From Octopus sinensis (Eukaryota): a stretch of DNA of 64,000 bases. A program made the translations under genes and the position numbers. The notes under the pieces were generated by a model that searched no databases, was not told the DNA's origin, and was given only the letters and a program-made list of their open reading frames with translations. This document shows positions 14,558 through 29,202 of this stretch, piece after piece. The DNA lies in the NCBI RefSeq assembly GCF_006345805.1, contig NC_043015.1:5952001-6016000 (forward strand). Reading direction: 5' to 3'. How positions within the stretch are numbered: position 1 is the stretch's first letter; every line of letters starts with the position of its first letter.

Positions 14558-17500
14558 CTTTCTTCCTTTTAAGCTTTAACGTAATACATTTCTTAAAATT
14601 TTCTCATCTTGTTTTAGTTAGTTACGAATATATACCACACCGTACACGCGCTCATACTCGCGTTCGCGCACACACGCACGCATGCGCACGAACACACAAA
14701 CACACACACAAAAGACACAATACACGAAGTATATCTATTGAGTACCGGTGTTGTTAATTTATCCGATATTATGAAACGAATGCATAGTTTAGACTATCAG
14801 CTCTTTCCCTAATTTAAAGTATAAATTCTAAATCATACTCTGTATATCAATGTTACGATACTACTCGGCTAAATGTCTCATACAGCCTAAATTTCTGAGG
14901 TTATTTTTAACACTTGTTATCTTTGGTTTTGAAATGTCTGGGGACTATGAAACAAAAACTTCTATTTTACTTTTATTTATTCACTCAACTAAATATAAAA
15001 CAACTCGGATTTTATTTTACTAAAAACAAAAAGAACTAAATTTAATTAAACAATTTTCCCCAGCTGTAGAGTAAATATTTCCTTGTACATTTCTTGTAAT
15101 ATAGACAAAACTTTATTAAATTTCTATTTTAAACGACCATTTTGTGTTTACTATTTCTCTAACTCTCTCGAGAATTTACAATTATCACTAGAAACACTTT
15201 TTGCAATAACGTTTGTTGACACAAGAAATAATTAGTAGTAAATACAGTGTCGAAGTGAATATCTCCAGCTATAGATTTGAAAATGTTATTTGAATAGTGT
15301 TTGAAATATTTAGCTTTTTATATCTAGGTCACTTATGTCATAGAAAAGGTTTTGACCGTTACAGCTGTGTGCCTGCGCTATCATTATATTTCTGTCTGGT
15401 GACTTGCTTTTAAATGTACCTCTGTGGTATTTTCTTTACAAATATTGTAATTTTGAGTGACATAAACATCCTTTAATGGTTTAAACAATTTTAATAATAA
15501 ATTTGTATATCCAGAATATAATGAATAGAATAATGTTCGTTATATATTTGGAAATAACCTTAGGTAATGCTTAGCATACTTAATTACTAGTAAATGAAAA
15601 TTAGGCGCGCCCCTAATATAATTACGTATGCAGTTAACAAGAATATAAAATTATTCGCTGCAGAATAGCTTCATTGTGAATGCTTTTTCAAATATATGAT
15701 TAGTGTTGATAACAAATGTAGGTTATTTATGGTGTTGAATATGATTGACCATCACAACTTGATTTCTGAGCTATCATTATATTGCTGTCTACTGATAAGT
15801 TTTTAAAATATACCCTTTAAAAGGATATTTCTTTCCTACTTCGTTGACGCAACCACTCCAGCAAAACTATTAGAACTCAAATGTATTACAAAATTCACGC
15901 AATTATGTTTTGTTTTTATTATTATCTTTTCCAAATTCTTGTAATTTCTTCTTCATTATCTATTTTAGGATATCTTTCACATCGGTCTACTCTACTCTCT
16001 ATATTCCACTACCGGATATGTTTTAATTATTTCAAATGCCAGGTGAGAATCACTCCACGGTATTGAGGCTTCCAATAATCAATATTTAATTTGCTAGCCT
16101 ATTGATTCATGTATTTAGTAGAGACAGTACGTAGCTCCTCAAATTATTCATATATATAGTTTATTACGCTGAATTAGACCGCATTTATGTCTAATAACGT
16201 CAAAACTTATTATAGAGAGTGATTGCACAAAATGTTATCTCATCAGCCATCTCATCATGTGTATTACATAAATAATGCAATTATATAAATGATAGTTGTG
16301 TTCTTTGAGCAAAGAAAGAATGGCCTACAAATTATATCGGGAACATGTTTTGTTAGATATTTTACTTATTTGATTTTTCAAACTTGAATTATGAAATAAG
16401 AACAGCTTAGTCTATCGTTAATTTCAATGAATAGGATTCAATTTCTGGAAGTTTGTTAATTATCTCAGGAGGGAAATGAAATCAAATCACATAAAATCAA
16501 ATTGAATTGAAGAATGTTTAGTTGAATGCAAATAATTCAACCTGACTTACCCTACGAAGTGAGAAAGCTAGAATTTAATATTTTCTTCTCAGAAATAAAA
16601 TAAGAATTACTTTAAAAGCATTTTCATCAAATCCAATCTGATCAGATTTTTCCAATTTTATTAGAATTGGAATAGATTTCGTTAAAGATATAATAAACTC
16701 AATGTGATATCGACTAATCAACTGAACATATTAATATTATTAGTTACCGCTTTCTTTCACCAACTGTTGGCAAGTGGAATTATTAATTAGTTTAAAAATC
16801 AATCATCGTTCATTTCCAATTTAGTAATAAAAAATGTAATTTATTAACTTTTTAGTCTATGAAAATCTAATAAAATTTTATATTTATATAATATGAAAAA
16901 TTACCTGAAAAAATAGGAAACTCTGTATAAAGTTTCTTTTAAACAAATTTAGATATATTTTTTTTATCATAATCTTAAGGTTTGACGTATATAATGAGCA
17001 CCGCTTGAGACATTCGTATTTTTATGAAATAAAACAAGTTTTATCGTGACTAATTAAGATTATACCTTATGAATATCATGCGGTTACAAGCATTTGATAA
17101 TCCAAAATACTTTATTAGATACGCGTTTTGGCAATTACCCTGATCTGTGCCTAGATGAACAACAGCCGTAGTAGTGGAGTTTGTTATGAGTATTTATCTT
17201 ATTAATTATTTCTTCAGTGTGCCTGCACATTTCCTTATCTTAATTGGCTTTTTTTTTTATATAATTCTAAACACCTTATTAATTATCCTATAGATTGTTG
17301 ATAAATTTGGAAGTCTATGAACGTAATATGTTGAATATTTTGTTGCACCGTATCAGTGTTGCAAAAGCAAACAGAGTGAATGACTTTTTTCTTTCAGAAA
17401 GATTATTACCCCACTTTCCTTAAGATTTGCCACTTTGCGTCATTTAGGCAAATTCACGAGTTTCAGAAAGAAATAATATTTGTTCCATGATAGTTCTCGT

Positions 17501-18251
17501 AACATCTTGCGTTCTGATGGAATTAATCAACAATCAGATTCTCTAATTTTGGTTTTGTGATATCGTTTATGTTCAGAATATACAATTATCTACACAATAT
17601 TACTGAGCAACCAATGAAATACAGATTACACGAAGGCATTGTTGATGTAGTTGTGTAATCTTACTTTCAATAATGTATTGACAAAGGCATTCCATTCAAT
17701 GGTATCTCTTGTTCTTTTGTGGTAGTAAATAGCTTGTATTCTGTTGTACAGATTTCGTTGCCTTTTTCATCGAAGTGACACATGAAAATACTTCCAGGCC
17801 GTTTCATCCTGTCTTTCCAGTAATGCATTAATTATTCTGTATATATTTCAAGGTCTACTTTAAGATATCACAAATGAATATTCGGGAGCCCTTTGATCGA
17901 TACTTCTCATTAGCCTTTATCAATCAGATACTCAGTTATCAAAAAGTATTTGTCAATGCTTCCTTGCATTATAACATTGCATACAGGGACTCGAGGAAAA
18001 TTCGACTGCAATTTCTAAAATGCCAACCGTTGACGATCCTCCATTGCCTCTACTTCAATTGTAATGTTTAGTATTAAACCATATCTCATTTATCTTGGAT
18101 GTATGAAGTAACTATAGCGATAATTAATACTGATGCGGGATGGAGTATTTTTACCACCATATTCATTGCTCATTCTTCTACTGATGATGAAAAATTTGCA
18201 TTGGTTACTTGTATCCAATTGCGGCAAATTTTATCCATATTACTCCTAGGT

Positions 18252-18621
18252 ATTATTTTCTGCTCTAGGCTTAATACCCTAAAGTTTTGGGGAGGGAGCC
18301 ATTCGATTAGACCGATCCCAGCACGCAACTACTACTTAATTTGTTGACCTTGAAAGAATGAAAGGCAAAGTCGACTTCGGCGGAATTTGAATTCAGAACG
18401 TAAAGGCAGACGAAATACCTATTTTTTTTATTACCCACAAGTGGCTACACACAGAAGGGACAAACAAGGACAGGCAAACGGATTAAGTCGATTATATCGA
18501 CCCCAGTGCGTAACTGGTACTTAATTTATCGACCTCGAAAGGATAAAAGGCAAAGCCGACCTCGGCGTAATTTGAACTCAGAACGTAACGGCATGCTAAC
18601 GTTTCTGCCAGCTCGCCGCCT
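18252..18621 (-). mobile_element. SINE family A heterodimer
   Basis: Same monomer junction (..aaaataggtatttcgtctg) as 245-655; the second monomer has the alternative tail. Confidence 0.85.
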
Positions 18622-20343
18622 TATTTCTCCAAAGTATTGTGAAAGAAGCTTCGTGGACGTTATCAATGCCAATAGAAGTGGGAGTGAGTGTAACGACTGT
18701 TTGCCGATCGGCTTAAAAGACCGCCCATATTAATGCTATATAAATGCTATAACCTCACATTTGGTTGCCCTTTGTGGTGTTCGCTCCTGTTACTTGAAGT
18801 CAGATTATGCCTCTAGTATGACTATAAAATATGACTTCTGGCTACTTTTGTCTCTCTATATATCCAGTTTCAGGGATCTACTAAATAACTTGCAGAAGGC
18901 TCCCTTCCGTCTCCCTCAATGTCATACATATTCTGCTCTTAGCCATGATTTTTGTACCTTCGTTCGCTAGATTTTCTCTGCAAATTCTCCCAGAGAGTTA
19001 TGCTATATTGTGAAATACAGCAATGATATCCATAGAAATCATGTGCATAACGACTCTGTCTACTCTAAATATCGACTTAGTTCCCTTTAAATTCCGTCAC
19101 AAAGGACGCATTAAATTAAGCAGTGCTTCATTCCCTGAAAATAAAAGGGAGCCTCGTTTGCAATATATTTAATGATAAACCTCTTGGTTCATGCTTCCCG
19201 TTCGGTTAAACAGCAGCCACACTATAGTTAATATTTATGACAGCTGAGCAAATACCTTGTGGAATAAGTATTTAAAGATGAATTTTCTACCGTAATTATC
19301 GACATATATATTCTTTATTTAAAGTTGATCTGCAAAATATTAGCAAAGTCACTGAATGATGAGTCCAATAGCTTTTTATTCGAGAAATAGCATATTGTTT
19401 GTATAACAAAATACCATCATGTGTTAAAGTACAATCGTTATGCAGTATGGGAATATTATTTATTCTTGATTATCTTCAAATGTAATATTATAAATGCTTC
19501 AAGTTAATTTAAATTTGAGTGCTATTTTTGTAAAATTTTGATTCGGCTCCATGTAGCATTAAATTTCACAGGATTCTGAGAAACTCTACTCGTTCAGGTT
19601 TAGATTACCGAATGAAGAAATAGGAAGTCTTAGATGACTACTGAATATTGGATTTCTACTTACTATTTTGAATTTCCACTAGCTATCTTATACTTCCAGT
19701 GTTTCTCCATTCGGTAATCCATGCCTGAGTGAGCCGGGTTCTGTTAGTAGCTTACAAAACCGTAAGTCGCATCAAACTGTTATAAATAACATTGTATACA
19801 TCGGGTGTATATACATGGAGTACCTTAGTCTTTCGTTTGTCCATTCACTCGTGTGTGTATGTGTGTATAATTTAATGATACGAGCTATTAATAGCTACAT
19901 GCTTCGGAGACACAGGTCTCGGAAGGTTATTGTAACACCCAAACTGTGTTTCCATATCAAAAACTTATTAGTAACTCGTATCTTTATAGACCGTACATTA
20001 AATAAGGTTTATCTCTTTCTGGGTGGAGTACTTTTTGGTTCTCTTAACGAATCCGTAATTATAAACACGCACAAAGACATACACACACACGCACACAAAC
20101 GCACATATCTATATATACATATTTATATATTCATGTATATGCACGCACTCACAGACATATACACACATATATGCTTGTCTAGTGGAGGAAGAACAAGTCG
20201 AATGCCTTGTGGTATTTAGCTTTGGATTTTCAAATTTCTGTGTTGTTCTTTCAAATTCTATTGAGGTCAGTTTTTGTCATTCAGAGTGTTTCGAGGTCCG
20301 TAAATTTAAGTGAAACACAGTGTTTTTTGATTGATGGAAACTA

Positions 20344-20883
20344 TTGGGTTGTCCGGAAAGCTCGTGCCGATTTTTAAAGAAAAGAAAAAGTTCAATAAAT
20401 ACTTGCCATTACATTTTTAATCAGCTAAATATGAACCATTTTGTTGCACAATGCGTCTCCATCTTTCCTTTAACTTGAAAATACCCTCTTTTCAGAATTG
20501 GGGTGGTTTCATGGCAAAGAAATCAAGGTATCTTTTTACGCCATCCAAGGAATTGCAATTTTTACCATTAAGTCTATTCTGCAGAGACCTGAATAAGTGG
20601 AAATCCGAAGGAGCAATATTTGGGGAAAATGGAGGGTGGTGTAATACATCCCAGCCGAGCTGCAGCAACGTGTGTCTGGTTCCCAAAACATCAAGTGCCG
20701 AAAATGAACTTTCTTATCTTCCATTTTAAAGGGTTACAGGTTATAGGAATATAAATCTTCTTCAACGAAAAGATAGCTTAAACTGTGCTCTAAATGGAGG
20801 TGTAGTCAAATCCTATTTTATGGACTCAACCACGTCGAAAGGTAAGCTACTATAAATCGGCACGAACTTTCCGGACAACCCAA
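20344..20883 (-). mobile_element. Internally deleted mariner transposon with both TIRs and TA TSD
   Basis: 30-bp TIRs 20344-20373 and 20854-20883 (1 mismatch), TA on both sides. N-terminus MEDKKVHFRHLMFWE is fused to the C-terminus LLQLGWDVLHHPPFSPNIAPSDFHLFRSLQN..KEGIFKLKERWRRIVQQNG (YSPDLAPSD motif variant). Confidence 0.93.
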
Positions 20884-21289
20884 TAGTATAGCGTCGGATA
20901 GCCTGCTTTCATTTTCAGTCGTAAAAGATTCCACATTTAAAGACATTGGTATGGAGCTTTCCAGTTTTTCTTCTACAACATCGTTGGCAGGTACGTGAAA
21001 CCCTTCGTTTTCTGTAATAGAAAGCTTTTCCATGAATGTGCCTCAGGGTGGAAATTTTCGAGTTTGCAGCAATTATCTCATGAGAAATACTGGAAGAGCA
21101 GCTGATATATGAAAAGCAACACACACACACACGCACACACGTACACAAGCATGGGCACACACACGCTACACAAAATACTGACATAAACCACATATACCTA
21201 TACCGTCATATACGTACACACACACATGGCTGTGTGATTAAGAAGTTCGCTTTCAACTACATGCTTTCAGGATCGATTCTGTTACACGT

Positions 21290-21345
<56 letters not shown>

Positions 21346-21551
21346 GTATGTATGCATGTATGTATGTATCTATGTATGTATCTGTGAATATATGTGACAG
21401 TAAAAGCCCCGTAACCCATTGGTGGATAAATCTTCCTTATTTGTAAGGCTTTATTTATAAAGATTGATAATTGTTCAGAGGATTTTCTCAACCTGAAACC
21501 AATAAAGCGTGTGTGTATGTGTGTTTGTTCGTGTGTATGCGTGTGCGTACG

Positions 21552-21598
<47 letters not shown>

Positions 21599-24503
21599 GT
21601 ATATTTGTTCGTTGTGTATACGTTTGCGAGGGATTGAGTGCATGTGTGGTGTGCGCACATACCTGTATTCATATGCATGTATGCATACGTATACTCGCGA
21701 ATATACGAGCGAGTGTATGTATATATTTTTGCTTTTACCTGAAGATTATCTTCGCAGAATAACTTCGGTGCGTTTTTATTTCTTAGATTTGCTTAATTTT
21801 TGTAAATATAAACAACTGAACCTAACGATGTATACATTCCTTGTAGGATATGAATATTTATGATTGGTGAATAATAAGTTAAAATACTGATTTGTAAACA
21901 ATTTGTTAAAATATTAGTAAATATCTCTGTAAATATTGAAGAAATGAGTATTATTTTAAGAAGGAACCAACCTTGTCATGGTTATTTTATATTTATTCTT
22001 TTCACTTTCAAGTTTTGTATTTTTTCTCCAATTACTCTGCATTAATGGCATTATTCCCTCAAATATAAGATTATCTATGTGTATCACGATCCCTTCATGT
22101 AGATTTTTATTCGGTTTCAAATGCTCCTATTCTTCCTGCCATTTAACATCAATTATAAAAATTTATTACATTTTCGTTCGTGTTATATGTTTCGTATGTA
22201 TTCCTTATATCGATTATATACGCAGAATCTTTTCTTAGTTTCAAACGCAATCTAACTGATACCATCTGGACATCTAAGCTTTATTTATAATTACCATATT
22301 TATCCTCCTTCTTTTAAAGCGGTAATTTTATCTCATCAATTCAGAAAGATTTGCTCTTAGTTCTAGCAAGCAAACAGACCTGCTTTTTACTCATTCTTTG
22401 AATTATTTTGTACAGTATTCCTATATTTGCATAAATGTATCTACCCTTTGATTCAATGCGAAATCATCTCTACATTATAATAATTTCAAATATATCTGCA
22501 AGTTTTCGGAGCATGTCTCGGAAATGAATTTTAAAACAACCTATATTACTTAATTAAAATTTGTTCCGGCGTATATTTTTTTTCTATTCTTCATAATTTG
22601 ATTGGACTATTTTAACTAAATCTTTTCCGATTAATCATACAAACGGAATTAACATGTCCCAGAACTTGATATATGAAAAGATATATATGTAACTTTATAG
22701 ATGAAAAGATATATATTTTTTAAAACTAGGTGTTTGTTTTTAGTTGACTGGTGTCATTACTTCTGAAGAAGCTTGCATAAATCGAGTTATATCTGACATG
22801 AAGTTGGCGAGTAAATTTTTAATTTGTAAAGGTGTCTTATTATTATTTTTCTAATTCAGGATTTCTAATCTCACACTCACTGCATATAAAATGTTGGCTC
22901 TGTTTAACCAATTTAATGTTGCACATTCTGGACAATCGTTGAACTTGAGAATCGTTAATTTGAATATAACCATTGTCGTTTTTAATCAGAAATTTATCGA
23001 TTTCCGTTTAATATATTCATCAGTTTATAAATGTAATACTGAATTATAACGTGGAAGAAGGACCACACCGTTTTAGAAGAAATGTAAATGATCTCGTCGG
23101 CTGGTTGTAGTTTTAGTTAATTTTTTTTATTGGTTTTAGAAAGATGAATGCCTGAGATTACATCAAGCAAACTATAATTTATGCCGATTATCCGTGAGTA
23201 TAATGCTGGTTAATATTATTACGAAACTGAGGCAACAGAAAGCCTTTTGTCCCTCTGTAACTCTGTTAGAATGGGACAAAAATATTTACAGTACTTGTTC
23301 CGGCTCATTACCTACAGGGTTCAAATGCGGCCGTGGTCAAATTATCCTTTTATCCTTCCAAGGATGATAAATTATAGCCCAGAGCTTTGGGCTATCGGAA
23401 ATGTTAGTGTGTACTGAAGGCGTTATAGCATTTAGTACGGCTGTTTATGTTCTTAGTGTCAATGTAGTTGTACGAAATGTTGGTATATATGCAACAAGAA
23501 ATCATAAGTATGCAACAAGAATTATTCACTCGACAAGATTTCATGGCAATCACCTAGCGCTTATTAAAGAAGTCACCAGGTGTTGCTTGTCGATTTGATG
23601 GCACAAAAATAAATAATTATGAGAATACGCACGTATATTTATTTTCATGGAATGTAATATCATAAGCTCACTTCTGCAAGGCATTTGCCTGGCAAATGGG
23701 TGAAACTGTATTATAGTTTAAATTCTAGAATAATTTTGGTAAATGTAGAAAATATAATTAAATATATATGCATCTCCTAGATATTGTTTCTAATACCTAA
23801 ATATGCATAGACGATTTGGTGCACTTTAAGGTAATCAAAACATTTCTTTTAGAGTTACACTCCTCTTTATAAAATACGTATTATTCCATTATAATTATTT
23901 GCATATTCAGATCCAATAAATATTTCCAGTGACTAAATAGTTTTGAAATTAGAAGTAATATATCGAAGAAAATAAGTCCTTTAGTTAACATCAACAAACA
24001 AACATGAATAAATTTATAGTTGGCATAAACATTTATGATGAAGTACCTTCGCTGTTCTAGATTATCAAGACATAATTCTCGTTGTGTATATATAAAATTA
24101 TGATTAATAATAAATAGTAGTTTTATGTGTGCAATATAATTGACAAACGATTAATTAAGAAAATAAAAAAAGCAATGTTTTTCAATTTCAATTTACCATT
24201 TTACAATAGTCTAATTAATAGATATAGGAAATGCTGAGCGCATAGAAAATAAATTTCTTTTTCTTTCTTAATAACAAATCAGTAAATACTTGTATAATAT
24301 ACATGAAAATAATGCGAAGATTATAGTATTAATTTTTTATAATTTTCTTCTTTTGCGTGAACTCGAATTTAGTAGACGTGCAATCATACACATTATGACA
24401 CATATCAGTGCATTAATATTTGTGAAAAGATCTGTACGCACATATACATACATATAGGCATGCATGTATATATAGCATACATGGATACAACATAAAAGAC
24501 TCC

Positions 24504-24579
<76 letters not shown>

Positions 24580-24610
24580 ATATATATATGTATATAAATA
24601 TATATATATG

Positions 24611-24659
<49 letters not shown>

Positions 24660-24697
24660 GTATATATGTATAAATATATATATATATATATAATATA

Positions 24698-24798
<101 letters not shown>

Positions 24799-25234
24799 TA
24801 AAATCTTAAACACTGAACAAACAGGATAATGCATTTCAAACGTTTAGTTCAACGGAATTAAATATTTAATTCACAACCCACTATACTCTCTCTCTATCTC
24901 TACTTTCCTCCTCTCAGCATTAAATTTGCTTTATTTATATCAAAAATACAAATGTTTATATAATAATCATTTTACGAATTCGTACGTTACACGTATAGAA
25001 TTTCTAAGCTTTCTGCCGCTTTACATTTGTAATTTTGGGTAATTGGGATTGAAGTATTTTTCCTTTAGTATTATAACACTTTTAACTCCTCAGCTTGTTC
25101 TTTTTTCCTGTGTAGATATGATTTATAAATCATGAATTCCGAAAATATATATATATATATATATACTTCTACATACATACAAACACACACATATTTATAT
25201 GCATATATATACATATATATGTAAGTAAATATAT

Positions 25235-25318
<84 letters not shown>

Positions 25319-25576
25319 CGTATGTGTGGGGGTGTCAGAATGTCTACATATATGTATATATATATATATATATATATACTTAATTTAGCATAACTAAATT
25401 TAAAAAAAATTATTGGGAGCTTTGTACATCATAAGCCTGTAAATAATGATAAAAGCCTTACACTGAGATGAAGCTACTACCTATCGAGAAATGAATCCGT
25501 TAACACATCACAAACTATTGATTACATTACGTTGTGTGTATATATATATATGCGCATATATATCTCATATACATAC

Positions 25577-25630
<54 letters not shown>

Positions 25631-28600
25631 TATATATATATATATATATATATATGTTATGTATTATTACACAACCAGCTATTCCATCAACTAAAAAAAT
25701 CATGCATAAAATTTCGAGAATCATTTGGGAATATGTCCTAAATTGCCATAAGCATAACCAGCTATTCTGAATACAAAAAAATACAACAATATTAGATAAA
25801 ACAAAACTCATATATTAAAAATAAACTTAACCCTTATCTTCCTTCATGCAGAACTGCTAAACTGTATGGCAAATATTTTCCTCGAATAATATAGAAAATG
25901 TAATGATAAAACCTGATCAGGTAATCTCGATATTCTTTACTTTTTATTAATAAAGCGATGCAGAAACCAACATCTAAATTAAAGTATGATAAATATTCAA
26001 ATATTTAAATAAAATGAGATAAAAACTAAATACGCAAAATCAAAATGGCTTAACTCTATACCGAGACAATACTAGCTGACTAGAAAAGTTTTAAAAAGGT
26101 AGAGGTTACCGATATGATTTCAATTAAATATAATATATATGCACTTGGTTGTTTGTTTCGTCTGGTTTTAAGCATAGCTTTGCATGTTAAACAAACTTTA
26201 ATCGAAGGATCCCTCGGCTCATTTAACCAGATTATGAAATATCTTTTAATTGGAACAAGATGCCATATGAAGTTACAAATGAAAGGCATATATTTCCTAT
26301 GTAAACCTTGAAGAATACGTGACTTTAACGGTAAACCCAGAGTTGCAGCAAACTAACTGAAGAATTAAGTTCATATATGTGAATAATTTTATGCATGCAT
26401 GCAAGTATGTATGTATGCGTGTGTATAAAGTTAGACATACCATGATTGTTGATCGATCTATCATTCTATATATTATATAAATTTCTTCGCTGATATATGC
26501 TATGAAAATTTTTCTTTCTCTACGTTAGAGAAGTTTATTTGAGATCTAATAAAACTCAGCTCTCTTCTACATTTAGCTTTTTTTGTTTAAATTGCAAATA
26601 AATAATGTGTTCATTCGTTTCCTTAAAGTCTTTTAACAATTCCATAAAAGCCAATTAAACAGCGAAATTCCGTATACCACTATGTCGAATAAAAAATATG
26701 AACTTTTCTGAGTACTTTTAGAAGAATCCATTAACGAAAAAAAAACACCTGCACACCTACGATAATATTCTAATATCAACGTAATACAGATGACGTATTG
26801 CACATTGAGTACGAATATTTAACTAAAACCTACAGTAATAATGTATCCTGTTTTATGTCAGATAAAATAAAATGCACATTTTGTCTTCATGAATATAGCC
26901 TACGATATTATCTTCCTAGAATAGCACTTAGTCTTTAAATTTTTTAAATCATTTCATTTGTATATTTAACCAACAAAGTATTTATAACAAATTTTGCATT
27001 GAACCTTATTTTTCTTCAGTTTTATTACACAGGAAGGTATTTAAAATTTCCAAATTAGATTCAAAAACTAGTGTAAAATATTTCTATTCAACATACTGGA
27101 TTTAATATATTTATCTCGTTCAACATACTGCACACATAATACAGGCCAACGAAATCATCTTAAGAATAGATGTTATATAAGAGAAATTAAAAGGGAGAAC
27201 AATGCCAGTTGATATGTTGATGCATAACGTAATTTATCTTATTACATCTAAGTAGATCTATGTATTTCAACTGATACATCCAAACGAGAGTCGTGTAGTT
27301 TCATGAAATAAGTTTACCTTTTTGATGTTAGAAATTTCATTATGGAACAATGACCATATTATCCAAACTTAACGTTCACAACAAATTAATTTTATCGATG
27401 GAAACATACATGCACTAATCTGTTTTCCATCAAATAACAAATATTATTTTTACAATATTTCTTAGCATCATTCAGTTACATGAGTAAATTATCTAAACTA
27501 ATGCACTTATGCAATAAAGGATCTATGATATCATTAGCTACGGTTCGAAATCAAATAACTGTACATTTGATTGATGTATATATACATATATATGTGAATA
27601 CATGTATATATACATATATATATATATGTATGTATAAAGTATATTTATATATATCATATATATATGCATACTTATAAATATATACACACATATATATATG
27701 CATACATATATGTATATACATGTATATATATAAATACTAGATTCCTAAGACCTCACATTGTTGTAATAGCGCAAAAACCATAGCGTTATCGACGGTAGTT
27801 GTTGATATATTTTTCATGAAATCAATAAATATATATATTTAGTATCAACTTAATTTCTTGATATTTGATTTTTTTTTTAAATAATTTCTCCTTACACATG
27901 TACTTCTCTCTCTTACCTCTTTTAGCAAGAATATCGCACGTAGAAAATAGAGAAATGTATAGAGGAAAAAAAAGTCGCAGATTTGAAGGAAGAGAGTCCA
28001 CAAGATATATAAGAGAAGATATATGATTGATAATGTAAGGATAATGATATATAAGAAATCGAAAAGAAAGTATAGACGAAGTATATTTAGATGTGTAAGT
28101 GGTTGTAGGAGCGAAAAACTAATGAGTTCACTAAAGATGCGTCCAAGACACTAAAGAATATAAATTAAGAGAGAATATAGACCGAAAAAAGAACAAGAAA
28201 GATATCAGAGTATAAAAAACATAACGAGATGTAGCGAGATATGGAAGATTGTTTTCGAAGAGATGGTAAAGGGGAAGAAAAAAAGTAAAGATAGAAACAC
28301 TGACCAAAGCTGAAAATCGTCGGAAAGTTGGTGAGTGAAGTCTTTGCTTGATCGAATTTTTTGATAGAATTAGAGTATTTGTTAATTGGAGGGGGGAAAG
28401 GGAGGTAGCAGCAGAAAAAATCATAAGAAATAATTAGTAAATAAATCATAAAAAAATAATAAAAGACGGGCATAGAGACAGACCGAGACAGAGAGAGCGT
28501 AGAGATATATAGAGATAGATAGTAGTGAAAAAAAGAAATGGCAGAACAAAGAACTTGGACAGAGTGAGACAGGTTTACACCAGCGTCATGCATATTACTA

Positions 28601-28806
28601 CAAATGTGTGAAAACAGAAAAAAATATGTACAAAAATACAAGAGAAACAATCAAACTTTTTCAGTTATTTCTTCAAAATGCTTAATTGTTTGGTTTGTTT
28701 TCTCTTAATTTTTTTCGAATTTTATTTATTTATTTATAGTTTTTGTTTAGTATTTTTTTTAACGGTGGGTTAAAAACACAAGAAAATTAAACTAGACTCG
28801 ACTGAC

Positions 28807-28992
28807 CTTTCGTAACAGGTGAAACTAACAAGAGATTCACCAACGCCGCCCCATGACCATGTCCGAACAGCGTCACCCTCTGCTTGTCGCCGTTGAAGCT
28901 CTCAATGTTTTCCTTCAGCCAATGTAACGCTGCGATTTGATCAAGTGTGGCGTAGTTACCAGAGGCAGTACCATCCCCCGTGCTCAAGAAAC
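28807..28992 (-). CDS. NLGN: Internal coding exon of a neuroligin-like gene (cholinesterase-like domain, catalytically inactive); 186 bp, phase 1-1
   Basis: Acceptor ttcttctaacag|GT at 28993/28992 and donor AAAG|gtcagt at 28807/28806. Translates (G)FLSTGDGTASGNYATLDQIAALHWLKENIESFNGDKQRVTLFGHGHGAALVNLLLVSPVTK(G), collinear with the vertebrate neuroligin segment [63 protein letters not shown]. Nucleophile elbow reads GHGHG, so no catalytic Ser. Family assignment is from recognition, not a search. Confidence 0.92.
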
Positions 28993-29061
28993 CTGTTAGA
29001 AGAATAGAAAAATATCATCAATTCATATAAACACAAGTTTATACTAAATGCAATTATATTA

Positions 29062-29202
29062 TTAGGTTGTCCCAAAAGTTCGTAAACACTTGCGAAAATT
29101 GAATTTTTACTCGCCAAGTACTAACAAAAACAACAAAAATTATTCCTCAAAATAAAGACCATTATTTTCCAAGACTTTCTACGAACTTTTGGGACAACCT
29201 TA
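29062..29202. mobile_element. Mariner-type MITE, 141 bp
   Basis: 21-bp perfect TIR core aggttgtcccaaaagttcgta (29064-29084 / 29180-29200); TA TSD at 29060-61 and 29203-04. Confidence 0.9.

Noticed and set aside
17420-17470. Minus-strand MTQSG resembling the next neuroligin exon (RAIxQSG)
   Set aside because: Flanked by in-frame stops, with no acceptor.
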